A stretch of DNA of 64,000 bases from Macrostomum lignano (Eukaryota), in assembly GCA_002269645.1 (NCBI GenBank), contig NIVC01000031.1, positions 124,001-188,000 of the forward strand, in the 5' to 3' direction. The position numbers and the translations under genes are program-made. Below the pieces are notes generated by a model. That model searched no databases. It was not told where the DNA came from and worked only from the letters and a program-made list of their open reading frames with translations. Below, piece by piece: positions 45,401 through 58,952 of the stretch (within the stretch, counting starts at the first letter, position 1; each line of letters opens with the position of its first letter).

Positions 45401-48400
45401 GCCAGCTTCTGAGTCTTGGCGGTCCACCAGCCCTTCTGCAGCTTTGTGTGAGTGCACGAGTGTCCCCAGTAGTGCTGGTTGGTGTTTCCGTCGATGGCTC
45501 TGCTGCAGACGCCGTTCCAGCCAACAGAGCTCTGAGAGCAATGGCTCAGAGGCAGCACATCTGCAATTGGGTCAGCAATCACTCATATACTCTCTACTGA
45601 AATGTATCAAGCTATAATTATTTCCAACTCACCAGATCTCTTAGCGGCCAGCTTGGTGTACTCTCCGAACACTTCGACCTCGCACAGAGTGAGCCACTTT
45701 TTCGAATGCGACTTGATGGCCACGTTCCGGCCCACCCTGTTGCACTTGAAGCTCTTCACCGAGAAGAAGGTGCTGGACCGGTGTCTGACGCACACGTGGC
45801 CGTCCACGATGATGTCAAAGCTGTTGAGTCGGTTCGAGCAGCAGTCGAGTCTGTTGTAGATAACGACCTCCTTGATGTGAGCGGGCCGGCTCAAACTCGC
45901 ATGCCAGTATCCGCCTACTGGATTTTTGGTATGTGTGCAGGATTTAGCACCATAGTTCTGGTTTGTGTTTCCGTCGATGGCTCTCTCGCAAACTCCTTTG
46001 TGAGCCACAGAATTTTGAAAGCACTTGTTGAACTTCAGCTTTTCTGGAATTCAGTAATTAAGCAAGGATGCACATCGAGTGGTTTCGATTTCGATTTGAT
46101 TTGATGCCATCATTATTTAACTGCAACTATGCTTTCTCAGGTTAGAAATTAATCCGCAGATGTTATTCCACGGCTAAACTAATTTGTCAATGCAATCGTA
46201 CGAAAGTAAGTGTACAATTGTAGGACATCCAAAAGCAAAAGTAGTAAATTCTGAGGCACATTTTTAAAATCGTCCTATACGGTACAGAGAATAGAATCAT
46301 GCGACTCAAATTGCCGGGTTTTGCAATTCCCTATCAACTCTAAAAAAACTTCTCAACTCACTGCCACTCCTTCGCGTCGTGTACTGTCCGAATACTTGCA
46401 CCTCGCACAGAGTCAGGTACGTCCTCTTCCGGCTCATGATCATGACTTCCCTACCAACTAGGTTGCACCGGAATGATTTGACCATGAACACATCTGCAGA
46501 CTTGTAACTGCCGCACACGTTACCGTCCACAGTAACCACAAAGTCTGTGAGTCGGTTAGCGCAGCAATCAGCTCTGTTGAAGATTTTGATTTCTCTGATG
46601 CGAGCGAGCTTCTGAGTCCTGGCAATCCACCAGCCATTATTCTCGAGCTTGTTGTGAGAGCACGACTTGCCTTTAGGAGCGCTCTGGTTTGTGTTTCCAT
46701 CAATGGCTTTGGCGCAGCCAGTACTCGGGATTGCAGTTGAGCTCTGTCGACAGCTGCCCAGCTTCAACAGGTCTGAAGTAGCGAGATCAAGATCATTGCC
46801 AAATATGATTACTGCTCCGTGAATTCAAAAACAAAAACTCGAAATTCTACCAAATGTAAGTTTACTAGCTTACTCCAACGTGATATTGTTAATGCTTTAG
46901 TTAATCGTCAGCTTTGTTTTTGCTTCGTTATTTAGATGTGGTGAAGGTTCACGACTAGGCGGGAATGAGCTATTGCGATTATTCTGTTATCTGTAATTTA
47001 TTAGAATTTTTAATTTCGCCAACAGCTTAGAGTTAAACGCAAAATATCTACAGACAGTAAAACTGGCGAGCCAGAATAGAATAAAAAACGAGAGGTTACA
47101 AGTAAAGCAACAACTTTAAAGCAACGAACAAACCAATTATGCTGAATTATAGAGGCATCAATAAGCAAGAGATGAGTGGCCTGTCAACTGATAAACTTTA
47201 TTTTGTGACAGAACTGAGAACTACGCTCGTATATGCCATCCAAGAACTGGCTTTCCCTACCAGGGCTCGACACAAATATTATACGAGCGTAAAAGCTTTT
47301 CTGAATGACGTCTCCATTTACGTCGTACACTTCGCCTGGGGATAGGCGATCTAAGTGAAATTGACAAGATGGAAGATCTGGGCTGTCTTTGGTTAACTGA
47401 GACTGAGACATCTAGAAAAAAGACGCCATTGAAAATGAGTTGACTGGTGGTTTCATGTGTATCGACGTGATGAAGGAGAAGGAGAAAAATGGCTGTACCC
47501 ATGCAGCACATACTAACCGGCAGATTAGTATTTCGGCTGCGCGTGAAAATTCTGTGTGTTCTGTTGAAGCGATCAAAATTCATCTATCAAAGCTTCCTCC
47601 AGCAATGACTGCCTTTTTGCCAGCCCTTCAGTCAAGTGGCAGAACGCTGATTAAACGTTCAATTGGTCGGAAGGACGTTTTTGAAAAAATAATTTTGAAA
47701 TACTCTGGGTAGCATAAGGATCATCTCAAGAGAAGCTAGGCTTTCTAAGGATTTCACAAACAATTCTATCCGCTCGACAATCAATACAAGCCTGTCGACA
47801 GTTGGATTCACCGTTGAATTGATTCAAACTGTCTCTAGGCACGAGTGGGTCGACAGTGTCACTCGCTATAAAGAGCGAACGACTGTGGCTCAGACGCTTG
47901 TACGAGTACTGTCCTCGCGGAAACCTCCAGCAAACCTCTACTTCAGACTTTGTCGACAGGGAGCCACTATACACTTCGGGTGTCGAAGGAGACTGGGAAG
48001 TCACATCAGAGTGCCAGCTAAGCGTGCGCTTTACGAGAGTATTCGAGAAAAACGACGGTTCGAAGTTCCTCATCTACATTTCATCATCAAAGAGAGATGA
48101 GGCAGAAGCTAAAAATAGCTCTCAAATTACCTTGTAAATTTGTTTGTTAAACGATCAAATGTTAATGTTTTACCTAACAAATACACCAATATAATAAAAC
48201 AATCGGGCTGACACTAGCTTTATCGGCCCACCTTTGCGAGCCAAAATGTAACTCTCAATGGTAAAATTTAAATATTAGCGAGCCCGATTGACGCTTAGCC
48301 AGAGTACAAACGAAATTATCAGCACTAATAAATTTGATTTGTTCATCAAATCAAAGACTGATCAGCATTCCGAACGCATATAAAGAAACGGTGACTTACT

Positions 48401-51400
48401 GCCTGTGGATCGCTTCGTGTACGAGCCGAACACCTGAACTTCGCATAGGGTCAGGTAGGTCCTCTTGCGACTTCTGATCATCACGGTCCTACCCACTCTA
48501 TTGCACCTGAACGTCTTCACCCTGAAGACGCTGCGAGAGTTATAAGAGGCGCACGCGTGACCGTCCACCGTGACCACAAAGTTTGTGAGTCGATTAGAAC
48601 AGCAGTCGAGTCTGTTGAAGATCTTGATCTCCTTGATGTGAGCCAGCTTCTGAGTCTTGGCCATCCACCAGCCCTTCTGCAGCTTTGTGTGAGTGCACGA
48701 GTATCCCCAGTAGTACTGGTTGGTGTTTCCGTCGATGGCTCTGCTGCAGACGCCGCTCCAGCCGACAGAGCTCTGAGAGCAATGGCTCAGAGGCAGCATA
48801 TCTGCAACCGTTGCATGTTAGATATGTAAGACTAAATGTCTGATGACTGACTAGCAGCAAATTGAGTACATGTACTAAAAGAAAGAAATGAGCGTCTTCG
48901 AGACTGACCGGCTCTCTTCTTTTGCTTGATGTACTCTCCGAACACTTCGACCTCGCACAGAGTGAGCCACTTCTTCAGATTGGTCCTGATGATGACATTC
49001 TGACCGACCTTGTCGCACTTGAATCTCTTCACTGAGAAGAACGTGCTGGACCTGTGTCTGGCGCACACCTGTCCGTCCACGATGATGTCGAAGTTGTTGA
49101 GTCGGTTGGAGCAACAGTCGAGCCTGTTGTAGATAACGACCTCCTTGATGCGAGCGGGTCTGGTAAAGCTTCCTTGCCAGAATCCGCTAGGGGATTTAGT
49201 GTGGCTGCAGGAGTGCTTCTTGTAGTCCTGGCTTTTGTTTCCATCCATGGCTCGCTTGCAGACTCCGTTCCAGCCCGTCGAGGTCTGGAAGCACTTGTTG
49301 AAGCTCAGCTTGTCTGTGGATTCAGTTCAGTTGGTTAGTTTCAAGTGCATGAATTTAACTGATAAGTTTTAGCTGTAATAGAGTTACTTGGGGGCGGCAA
49401 AATTAGACAAAGTCTGCTTTTTAGGTACTTTAAAAAAAATTAGTGCCATTGCTATACAGTAGGTGTAGTAACTTGAAGCTCTGTAGTTTGCATTTTGCGT
49501 ACGTGGCCTATGTAACAAATAAGGGGCAAAGAGACAACTGGGAGCAACATTGAAGAGAAATGCCTTGAATATTTATTTTTTTGCTTTCGCCCTTTGTGTA
49601 CTACTTGTCTGCCATACCTATATTTAACTAACCCAGTCTGCATTGCTGCTATTTGTATTGTTGTTTTAGGTTTTGTGTTTCATTAGATTTGATGCACAAC
49701 GTTCACATTTGCTCAAATTCAGTTTGCCTAATATTGTTGACGTAATCGTTCAAACCAAACTTATTTCAGTTTTCTATACACTGCTTTCTAACAGCTTTCT
49801 AACTCAGGAAAATTGTATATACGTTTTTTTCTCTCAAAACGCACTGTGCTGATTATAATCCTACACTGGTCATACAGAGGCATCCCAAGTCTTTCGCTGA
49901 CACAGCTGAATAAAAAGATAATTTAATAATCGTTTCAGCTATTGAAAAATATGCGCATTAACTACTGAAAACTAGCTGAAATCACCGCTTCTTGAAAAGC
50001 TTATCATAGACTGAATGCTTTGGCTGGGTGCCACTGAGTGGCCTATATAGTGTACATAAGATCTATGGAACCATGTCACTAGTCATAACAAAACATAAAT
50101 CATGTTACCAATAAGAGCGCAAAGTATGAACCAAGATGAACCATATTAGCGTTAACAACGAATCATGACCCCAAAAAAGTAAAGAGTGCATTTAATCTCG
50201 CTATGCTCACTAAAGTCTATTTAACAGTAGGAATACCACGCCATTTTTCTGCCCGTCGAACTACCAAGAGGGGGAATCCTCCCTGACAATATTTTTTGCT
50301 GCGCCGTGTTGGAGCAACGCAGGCACACGAAATTCAAGAACATGCGCTAACTTTTTGTTGCGCACCTTCTCAAACAAGAATCAAGTCGCCAGCCCTCTGG
50401 ACCGTCGAGATATTCGACGATTCTGCCAGAAGGTCGGATTTTCCCATAAGCGCTAGTGTGTTCAGTACACTAGCGCTTCAGTACACTAGCGCATTCCGTC
50501 ATCACCTAGACGCCATCGGTACCTTCAACAGATGTCACCAGGTGACTATGAAGATTCTGTTGCAACTATGTCAGATTTTTCTAATCAAGCTTCAATAACG
50601 GGCAAACTTTAACTCCTGATAATTCTCAGCTAGACTCTCAAACAGTCTATCATCACCCGACATGATGACGTGAACGTGATTGTCCATAGTCATCTGGTGT
50701 CATCTGTTGAAGGTGCCGACGGCGTCCGTGTGACAACGGAATGCTCGAGAGATTAGCTGAGGATACCTAGCAGTTGAGGTTTGCTCACTGTCGAGGCTTG
50801 ATAAGCGAAACTAGAGAAATTTGCAGCAAGGTGTCCATAGTCACCTGGTGCCACCTGTTGAAGGTCCAGAAGCTCCGCCTGGGTGAAGGCTAGTGACCAA
50901 CGAAGTCAGAGATGTGGTCGATGTGCTGGTGAAATTTGGAGACTTGGCAAGGCTGCACTGAGGCGCAGTGCTAATTGGCGCACAGGGGTGTACTGAATAC
51001 ACTGGCGCTTATGGGAAAAATCCGACCTTCTGGCAGAATCGTCGAATATCTCGACGGTCCGGAGGGCTGGCGACTTGATTCATGTTTGAGAAGGTGCGCA
51101 ACAAAAAGGTAGCCCATGTTTTTGAATTTCGTGTACCTGTGTTTCTCTGTGCTTCTCTCCAGAAAAAAAAACTTTCTGGAGGAGCTACATAGTTTTGCTG
51201 TCATACAACTGATTATACAAACTAGTGAGCATCTCTGATTTGACTACCGAGCTGCAGGAAAAAAGTCAAAGCGGAAGAATTGAAGAGTTTCGGGTACTAA
51301 ATTTTTTCTTGCATACGGCCGCCTTCAGAATAGAAGAGAAGAAACCAGCGCAGGGAAGAACCTACACTATACAAGAAAAGAGGCCCGCGACAGTGAGTGG

Positions 51401-51482
51401 TCACTAAATTTTGTTCACAGGCCTGCGGTCTCGTAGTAAAAATTCGTGCATTTGGACACTAAACATAACTCTATCACTCTCC

Positions 51483-51554
<72 letters not shown>

Positions 51555-54500
51555 ATATCTTTAACTCTTAGCCCTGTTTGCGTAAGGCAAGAAAGAAAGA
51601 CTTCTCTACTTACTGCCTGTGGATCGCTTTGTGTACGAGCCGAACACCTGAACTTCGCACAGGGTCAGGTAGGTCCTCTTGCGACTGCTGATCTTCACGA
51701 TCCTGCCTACTCTGTTGCACCTGAACGTCTTCACCCTGAAGACGCTGCGAGAGTTGTACGAGACGCACGCGTGACCGTCCACCGTGACCACAAAGTTTGT
51801 GAGTCGGTTGGAACAGCAGTCGAGTCTGTTGAAGATCTTGATCTCCTTGATGTGAGCCAGCTTCTGAGTTTTGGCCATCCACCAGCCCTTCTGCAGCTTT
51901 GTGTGAGTGCACGAGTATCCCCAGTAGTACTGGTTGGTGTTTCCGTCGATGGCTCTGCTGCAGACGCCGCTCCAGCCGACAGAGCTCTGAGAGCAATGGC
52001 TCAGAGGCAGCATATCTGCAACCGTTGCATGTTAGATATGTAAGACTAAATGTCTGATGACTGACAAGCAGAAAATTGAGTACATGTACTAAAAGAAAGA
52101 AATGAGCGTCTTCGAGACTGACCGGCTCTCTTCTTTTGCTTGATGTACTCTCCGAACACTTCGACCTCGCACAGAGTGAGCCACTTCTTCAGATTGGTCC
52201 TGATGATGACATTCTGACCGACCTTGTCGCACTTGAATCTCTTCACTGAGAAGAACGTGCTGGACCTGTGTCTGGCGCACACCTGTCCGTCCACGATGAT
52301 GTCGAAGTTGTTGAGTCGGTTTGAGCAACAGTCGAGCCTGTTGTAGATAACGACCTCCTTGATGCGAGCGGGTCTGGTAAAGCTTCCTTGCCAGAATCCG
52401 CTAGGGGATTTAGTGTGGCTGCAAGAGTGCTTCTTGTAGTCCTGGCTTTTGTTTCCATCCATGGCTCGCTTGCAGACTCCGTTCCAGCCCGTCGAGGTCT
52501 GGAAGCACTTGTTGAAGCTCAGCTTGTCTGTGGATCCAGTTCAGTTGGTTAGTTTCAATTGCATGGATTAAAATGATAAGTTTTAGCAGCAAGAGACATT
52601 TTACGGAGTGAAAATCAAATGAGGCTTGCGTTGTCAGTACTTTATCTCTGATATTTGAGGTACCTCTATATATTAGGTGCTGTGATTTTTGGTGTGACTG
52701 AACTAGTGTTTAAGTCGAGTCTCTTCGAGCAATTAAGTCGACTATTTGCTCTTTGAAATAAGTTAAAGCATGAGGATGCTACGCAGACATTACATAGATA
52801 TCCGCGAGTAATAATACTGTCATTGAGAAGTCAGTCTTCTTCAGATACAAAAGAAATAATGGACAGTCATTAGTATTTTGATAGAAAATATAAGAAAGGT
52901 CTGAATATTTTGATACGAGTTATTAAAAATAATTTTTTCGCAGAGGATACTGACAGCAAGCGTCAGGGTGAATTTGATTCACTTCCAGTTGGGAGTGTGG
53001 CGTTGGAATAAACGAAATTGGCTTAATCGAAAAGTCCATAATTAACGAGATTTCCTCTAATCGTGTGCTAGCTATCTTATCTACACAGTATACGAGCTAG
53101 TTACCGTGTGCACTTCTCTGGCGGAAACCGTTCTGTCCTTGCAAGCTTCTTCAAAAAGATCAGCATTTTTCGGTGTGCAATTTAAGAATTTACGAGGGAT
53201 GTTCCATAAGTACTTATACTTTTGCATGCTGCTCAGGAACTACGCAACCAATCATTGTAAGTTTTATGTCGGTGGAAAGCGGCTTTACTCATCTTTAATC
53301 TGTCGCTAAAATCATTTCGTTCTGTCAACTATGTCAAAAGTTACAACAAAAAACGTAGTCAAAGGTTACCTTTGACTACTCAAGTACTACTCAAGTACTA
53401 CTACCTTTGACTACTCTTGTTCTTAAACAAGAAATTTAAAGAGCAACAACTACAATGGCAAGCATGAAAACAGAGGCGCGTTGTTGATGACAGAAAGTTG
53501 ACTTCTTTGTCACTCATCCTCGGTCGGTACCGACACCTTCTCAACGTAGTTTCCACCGGAGTTGATGCACTTGGTCCACCTGTTAAACATGCTTTTGATG
53601 GCTTCTGCGTACAGCTGTCGGGGGATGACATACAGCAGAATTCTGCGGACTTCCTCCTCGATCTGGTTCCTGGTCTCGTACACGCGTCCTTTCAGATGGC
53701 GCTTCAACTCTGGAAATAAAGCAAAGTCTGCTGGTGCCAGGTCTGGAGAGTAAGGAGGGTGAGGTAGAAGATGGAGCTTCAGCTTGCTGATTGCCTCGAC
53801 TGTCTTTTGTGCTGTATGAGGCCTTGCATTGTCATGATGAAGAATGAAAGGTCTGGGATTTTCACGACGCTTGTTCTGGATGTCATGATGCAGCTTTGTT
53901 AGCGTTTCAACGTAGCGCTCAGAGTTTATTGTAGTGTTTGGCTCCAAAAACTCGACAGTTAGAGGACCATTGCAGTCGAAAAACAGAGACAGCATGATCT
54001 TCTTTCCATGTGCGTCCCTTTGAGCTTTTACCGGAGGATCAGAGCCCTTCAGCATCCAGACCTGGGAATCACGTTTCGTTGGTGGATCAAAATGGGGAAT
54101 CCAGGTTTCATCTCCAGTGACTATCATTCGATGGAAGAGATCCCAACCACCGTATTCTTCCATCATCCGAATATTGGCCTGACAAATCTGCTGCCTCTGC
54201 AGTCTCAAGTCCGAGGTGAGTAGGCGTGGCACCCAACGAGCAGTCAGCTTGACAAAGTCCATGCGCGACAAGCAGCGATGCACAGTTGTGCTCGGCGTGT
54301 CCAGTCTATCTGCAATCTGTCGAATCGTTAGCCGACAATCTTCGTCCAGCAGATCAAGAATTCGATCGGTGAGAGCATCAGAGCCTGATGTGCAGGGGCG
54401 GCCCGACCTCGGCAAATCAGCAACATTGGTCCTTCCTGCTTCGAACTGCTCAACCCAGTTGTAGACGGTCATCCTGCTCACCGCATTAGCTCCATGAATG

Positions 54501-57500
54501 TTGCATAAATCCGCATAAATCTCTGATAGCTTTTTTCCGAGTTTCCAGAGGGTAAAAATTGCAGCGCGCTGTCCTTCCCTTGAGTTCACATCCATGGTGA
54601 TGCAGCAGCAGCCAAGGTGGTGAAACTTTACAAGATTAAGATGCTGTGATCTTAAGATTAAGATGCTGTGAAAGCTTAGGCCAGTATTTTCCATAGACGA
54701 AAAGGGTGTGGCATTCGCTTATGAAGCAAAAAAGAATGCATTATGTAGAATCCGAAATAACTCTGCGTGCTGAACTTTGAAGTTTTGATTTTGAAAATTT
54801 CTTGTAAGTCTATGGGTGACCTTTGACTACGTTTTTTGTTGTAACTTTTGACATAGTTGACAGAACGAAATGATTTTGGCGACAGATTAAAGATGAGTAA
54901 AGCCGCTTTCCAGCGACATAAAACTTACAATGATTGGTTGCGTAGTTCCTGAGCAGCATGCAAAAGTATAAGTACTTATGGAACATCCTCCATAAGTATA
55001 AGCATAAGTTATAATTTGATATAATTTAGGGAGCTACACTTTATGAACTTTCTGTTATCAGAAGTGTCTTTGTGGCAGTGATGAAGGCGAAATATTGAAT
55101 ACATCTGGCCTCCTGGAAGACAGAAATAGCCTTGAAAGATTGCCTTTCCGTGTTACTGAGACAGAAAAGCCTGTCATCCAAACAAGCAAATATAGAAGAA
55201 ATGCGAGTGACATCTGAACCGCTAACGTAAAAACTGGCACTAAGCGCACAATGATACTGAAACGTAAGGGGAAAATGTGTTATTTTGCGCAAAATGCGTA
55301 TGCGTGAAGGCGTTGGTGTTGATTTCTCTAGCTATTTCTCTATAGTAATTTCTCTATAGTACACGATAGTTGTAGTTGCCATACCATCGTAGATGTACTT
55401 AACACTATCCAATCTTGGTTCAATTTTAAGCTATCCGGCTGGCTATATCCGGGGTCAAAATTTGACGTTTCCAAAATCGCACATTAAAGCCGCGTGTCTT
55501 GTTAATCATTCACATTTTTAAGCTTGATTAAAGAACTTATTCTAGTACCTGAATAACGCTTCTAAAAACCTTACCCTAGAAACCCTAGACCTAGACCTTA
55601 CCCTATAAAAACCTTCGGAGGGCGGACAAGCCGCGGTGAGGCCTTTGGGAGTCACCGCGGCGGAGAAGTACCCCGGGGAGTCTGGTGGCGCGGCTGGACC
55701 ATCAGAAACCGCCGTGTCCTCGAACTCTCAGGGGGGGGGGCAACCCTGCTAGCCTTCCGCCTTACAACAATGAAGCGGTCCGGACACGACCTCGGAGACC
55801 TACGCCTCAAAGGTCAAGCAGCCGCTCTAACCTGCCCTGAGGATCCTCGGCGGGGACTGCGATTTGACGCCTGAGCAGCTCGACGTCGCGTGGCGTACCA
55901 TCGACGAGGGCCTGCTAAACCTAACCCAGAAGGGGGTCTTCGTTGACATCATCAAGTCCACAAAGACGAACGGATACATCCTACTGTGGTGCAAATCCGA
56001 GGAGAGCACCCAACTCCTGCGAGATCAGCTGCCCAAGTTCGACTGGCACAGCGACCTGGTCAGCTGACCTTCACCCTGGAGAGCGAGCGTCCGAAAAGAC
56101 CATCCGCCATCGGATTTGGATCAAGCGGCAGCCGGATCTCGACGCCAGTGGTCTTGTGTACCACAACACGGTCCACAAGGGCACGACCGGGACCTTTGTC
56201 GTCCTCGGCGTGACGAAGGGATGGACCAAGCGGCTACCATATGGCTCGACCCTCCACCTTGGTCTCCATTAACAGACCATCGTCCGTTGTGAGGAGGGCA
56301 AGACGGAGGTCAAGAACGACGGGAAGCGCGCCGCACCCGGAGCTGGGGCTCCGGCTCCGCCGGCCAAGCGGCAACAGCAACCTGATCCCGAGCCTAACAA
56401 GGCACTTCGTGCTGCTGATTCTGCCTCGTGCGGACGTAGACCCGTCCGCGGTAGTCGGCGGTCAGGACTAATTCAGCACGCCTTTAACGAAGCTCAGTCT
56501 CTGAGACTTCACCTCTAGTGGACTCGTGCCCCTTGTTAAACTGCTCAAAGCCAGCCAAAGGAACTGGACTGCGGCCCGGCTCCGCCATCCAACAGGTGGA
56601 ATCGCCACAGGTGGAGGATGCTGTCGGCCGAGCCAGACTCCTGACGGCGGGGTGCTGAGGAAAAAGGCGGTGCAGTGCGGCCAGGTGTCTCACCTGCCGC
56701 GGGCGCCGCGTCCACCTCCGCGGCTGGGGAGGCGGCTGAGCCTTAGCCAATGGAAATTGGCGACTCAACTCTTACGGATGAAACTGAGGACGAGCCGTTT
56801 TTTGCCTTCCCTTGAGAGTAGACATGACTGTCTTTCAGGGAATTCACTGCTTGCAGGTCAACCTGCAGCACAGGTTTGCTGCTTCAGTCAATCTTATGAA
56901 GCACATTGACTTAAATGCACCACGGATCATCCTGCACCCGGGAGGTAAATATGGCACCAAGATCCTGTATCATATTGTCAAGCTCAATAACGCATGGCTC
57001 AGATCGGAACTGTCCACCAGGGACATATGTGTCATCCAATCTGAAGACATACTTCCTGGGAGGACTACACTCATCGCCTCGGTTTGCCTACCGGGCAACG
57101 GCGAAATGATTTAAGAAGAGCTTGTCACACTGGTCGAGCTTTGCTTCACCAGTAAAATCCGACCGTCGAAAATTGGCAACTTTTGCAACCTCGAAAACGA
57201 AGACGCCAAACACTTCGTCTGCTACTGGCCAGATTTAAATCGAGACCAGATAAACTATAATTACCTCGGGCTCAACCCGTCCAGGGACGACGCTTGCCGG
57301 ACCGAGAATATCACACGACTCATTCGGTTTCTCCAGGCTACCAAACGAGTCTCCGTCTTTTCCAACGAAGACCACGCTGCACGTTAAAGCGTTGCTTTCA
57401 TTTTCCTGGTCAATGATATTCCCAAAAAGCTCTTGAACATATAAAGAAGAAAAAAAACTTTCGCAACAAGGAACCAGAAGTATGCTGGCAATTCTGAACT

Positions 57501-58910
57501 GTCAAATATTAACAACTTTGGACTTACTGCCTGTGGATCGCTTTGTGTACGTGCCGAACACCTGAACTTCGCATAGGGTCAGGTAGGTCCTCTTGCGACT
57601 GAAGATCTTCACGATCCTGCCTACTCTGTTGCATCTGAACGTCTTCACCTTGAAGACGCTGCGAGAGTTATAAGAGGCGCACGCGTGACCGTCCACCGTG
57701 ACCACAAAGTTTGTGAGTCGATTAGAACAGCAGTCGAGTCTGTTGAAGATCTTGATCTCCTTGATGTGAGCCAGCTTCTGAGTCTTGGCCATCCACCAGC
57801 CCTTCTGCAGCTTCGTGTGAGTGCACGAGTATCCCCAGTAGTACTGGTTGGTGTTTCCGTCGATGGCTCTGCTGCAGACGCCGCTCCAGCCGACAGAGCT
57901 CTGAGAGCAATGGCTCAGAGGCAGCATATCTGCAACCGTTGCATGTTAGATATGTAGGACTAAATGTCTGATGACTGACAAGCGGCAAATTGAGTACATG
58001 TACTAAAAGAAAGAAATGAGCGTCTTCGAGACTGACCGGCTCTCTTCTTTTGCTTGATGTACTCTCCGAACACTTCGACCTCGCACAGAGTGAGCCACTT
58101 CTTCAGATTGGTCCTGATGATGACATTCTGACCGACCTTGTCGCACTTGAATCTCTTCACTGAGAAGAACGTGCTGGACCTGTGTCTGGCGCACACCTGT
58201 CCGTCCACGATGATGTCGAAGTTGTTGAGTCGGTTGGAGCAACAATCGAGTCTGTTGTAGATGACGACCTCCTTGATGCGAGCGGGTCTGGTAAAGCTTC
58301 CTTGCCAGAATCCGCTAGGGGATTTAGTGTGGCTGCAAGAGTGCTTCCAGTAGCTCTGGCTTTTGTTACCGTCCATGGCTCGCTTGCAGACTCCGTTCCA
58401 GCCCGTCGAGGTCTGGAAGCACTTGTTGAAGCTCAGCTTGTCTGTGGATTCAGTTCAGTTGGTTAGTTCTTACGTGCTGTATTTAAGTGAAAACCTTTAG
58501 CAGCAAGAAACTTACTTCGGGGCGTCAAAATCTTACGAAAATTTTCGTTTTAGGTACTCGTGCTAAAATTTACGTATTTGTGGTACGTCTTCATAGTGGT
58601 AGGTGTGGTGTTTTAGTTTTTGACTTATGGTTACGATTCGTTTAAAAGGTTGAGTCTTTTTGGCACTAACTTTATAAGTAAGTTTTTGACTGGACGCTTG
58701 GAGGGCTAAGAGACAGCAATACTCGTATAATAGCTGGTATCAGATCTGATTCTCTACTCTGTGTCAGTACTGTTACACTAGACCGACGTTCGATGATAGA
58801 TGATATGACGTCGTTATTGGTCAGCGTGATATAAAATAGTCATTTGCCAACGACGCCCATTGATGTCGAGCAGATCACATACGTCAGCGGGCGTTGAAAT
58901 ATTGCATGGG

Positions 58911-58952
<42 letters not shown>

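Noticed and set aside
52760-52800. Possible second hammerhead (catgaggatgctacgcagac)
   Set aside because: CUGA and GAAA core nucleotides are not intact.
54596-54694. N-terminal extension of the mariner ORF (MENTGLS...)
   Set aside because: Overlaps a small direct repeat; similarity to mariner transposases begins at MDVNSREG (54595).
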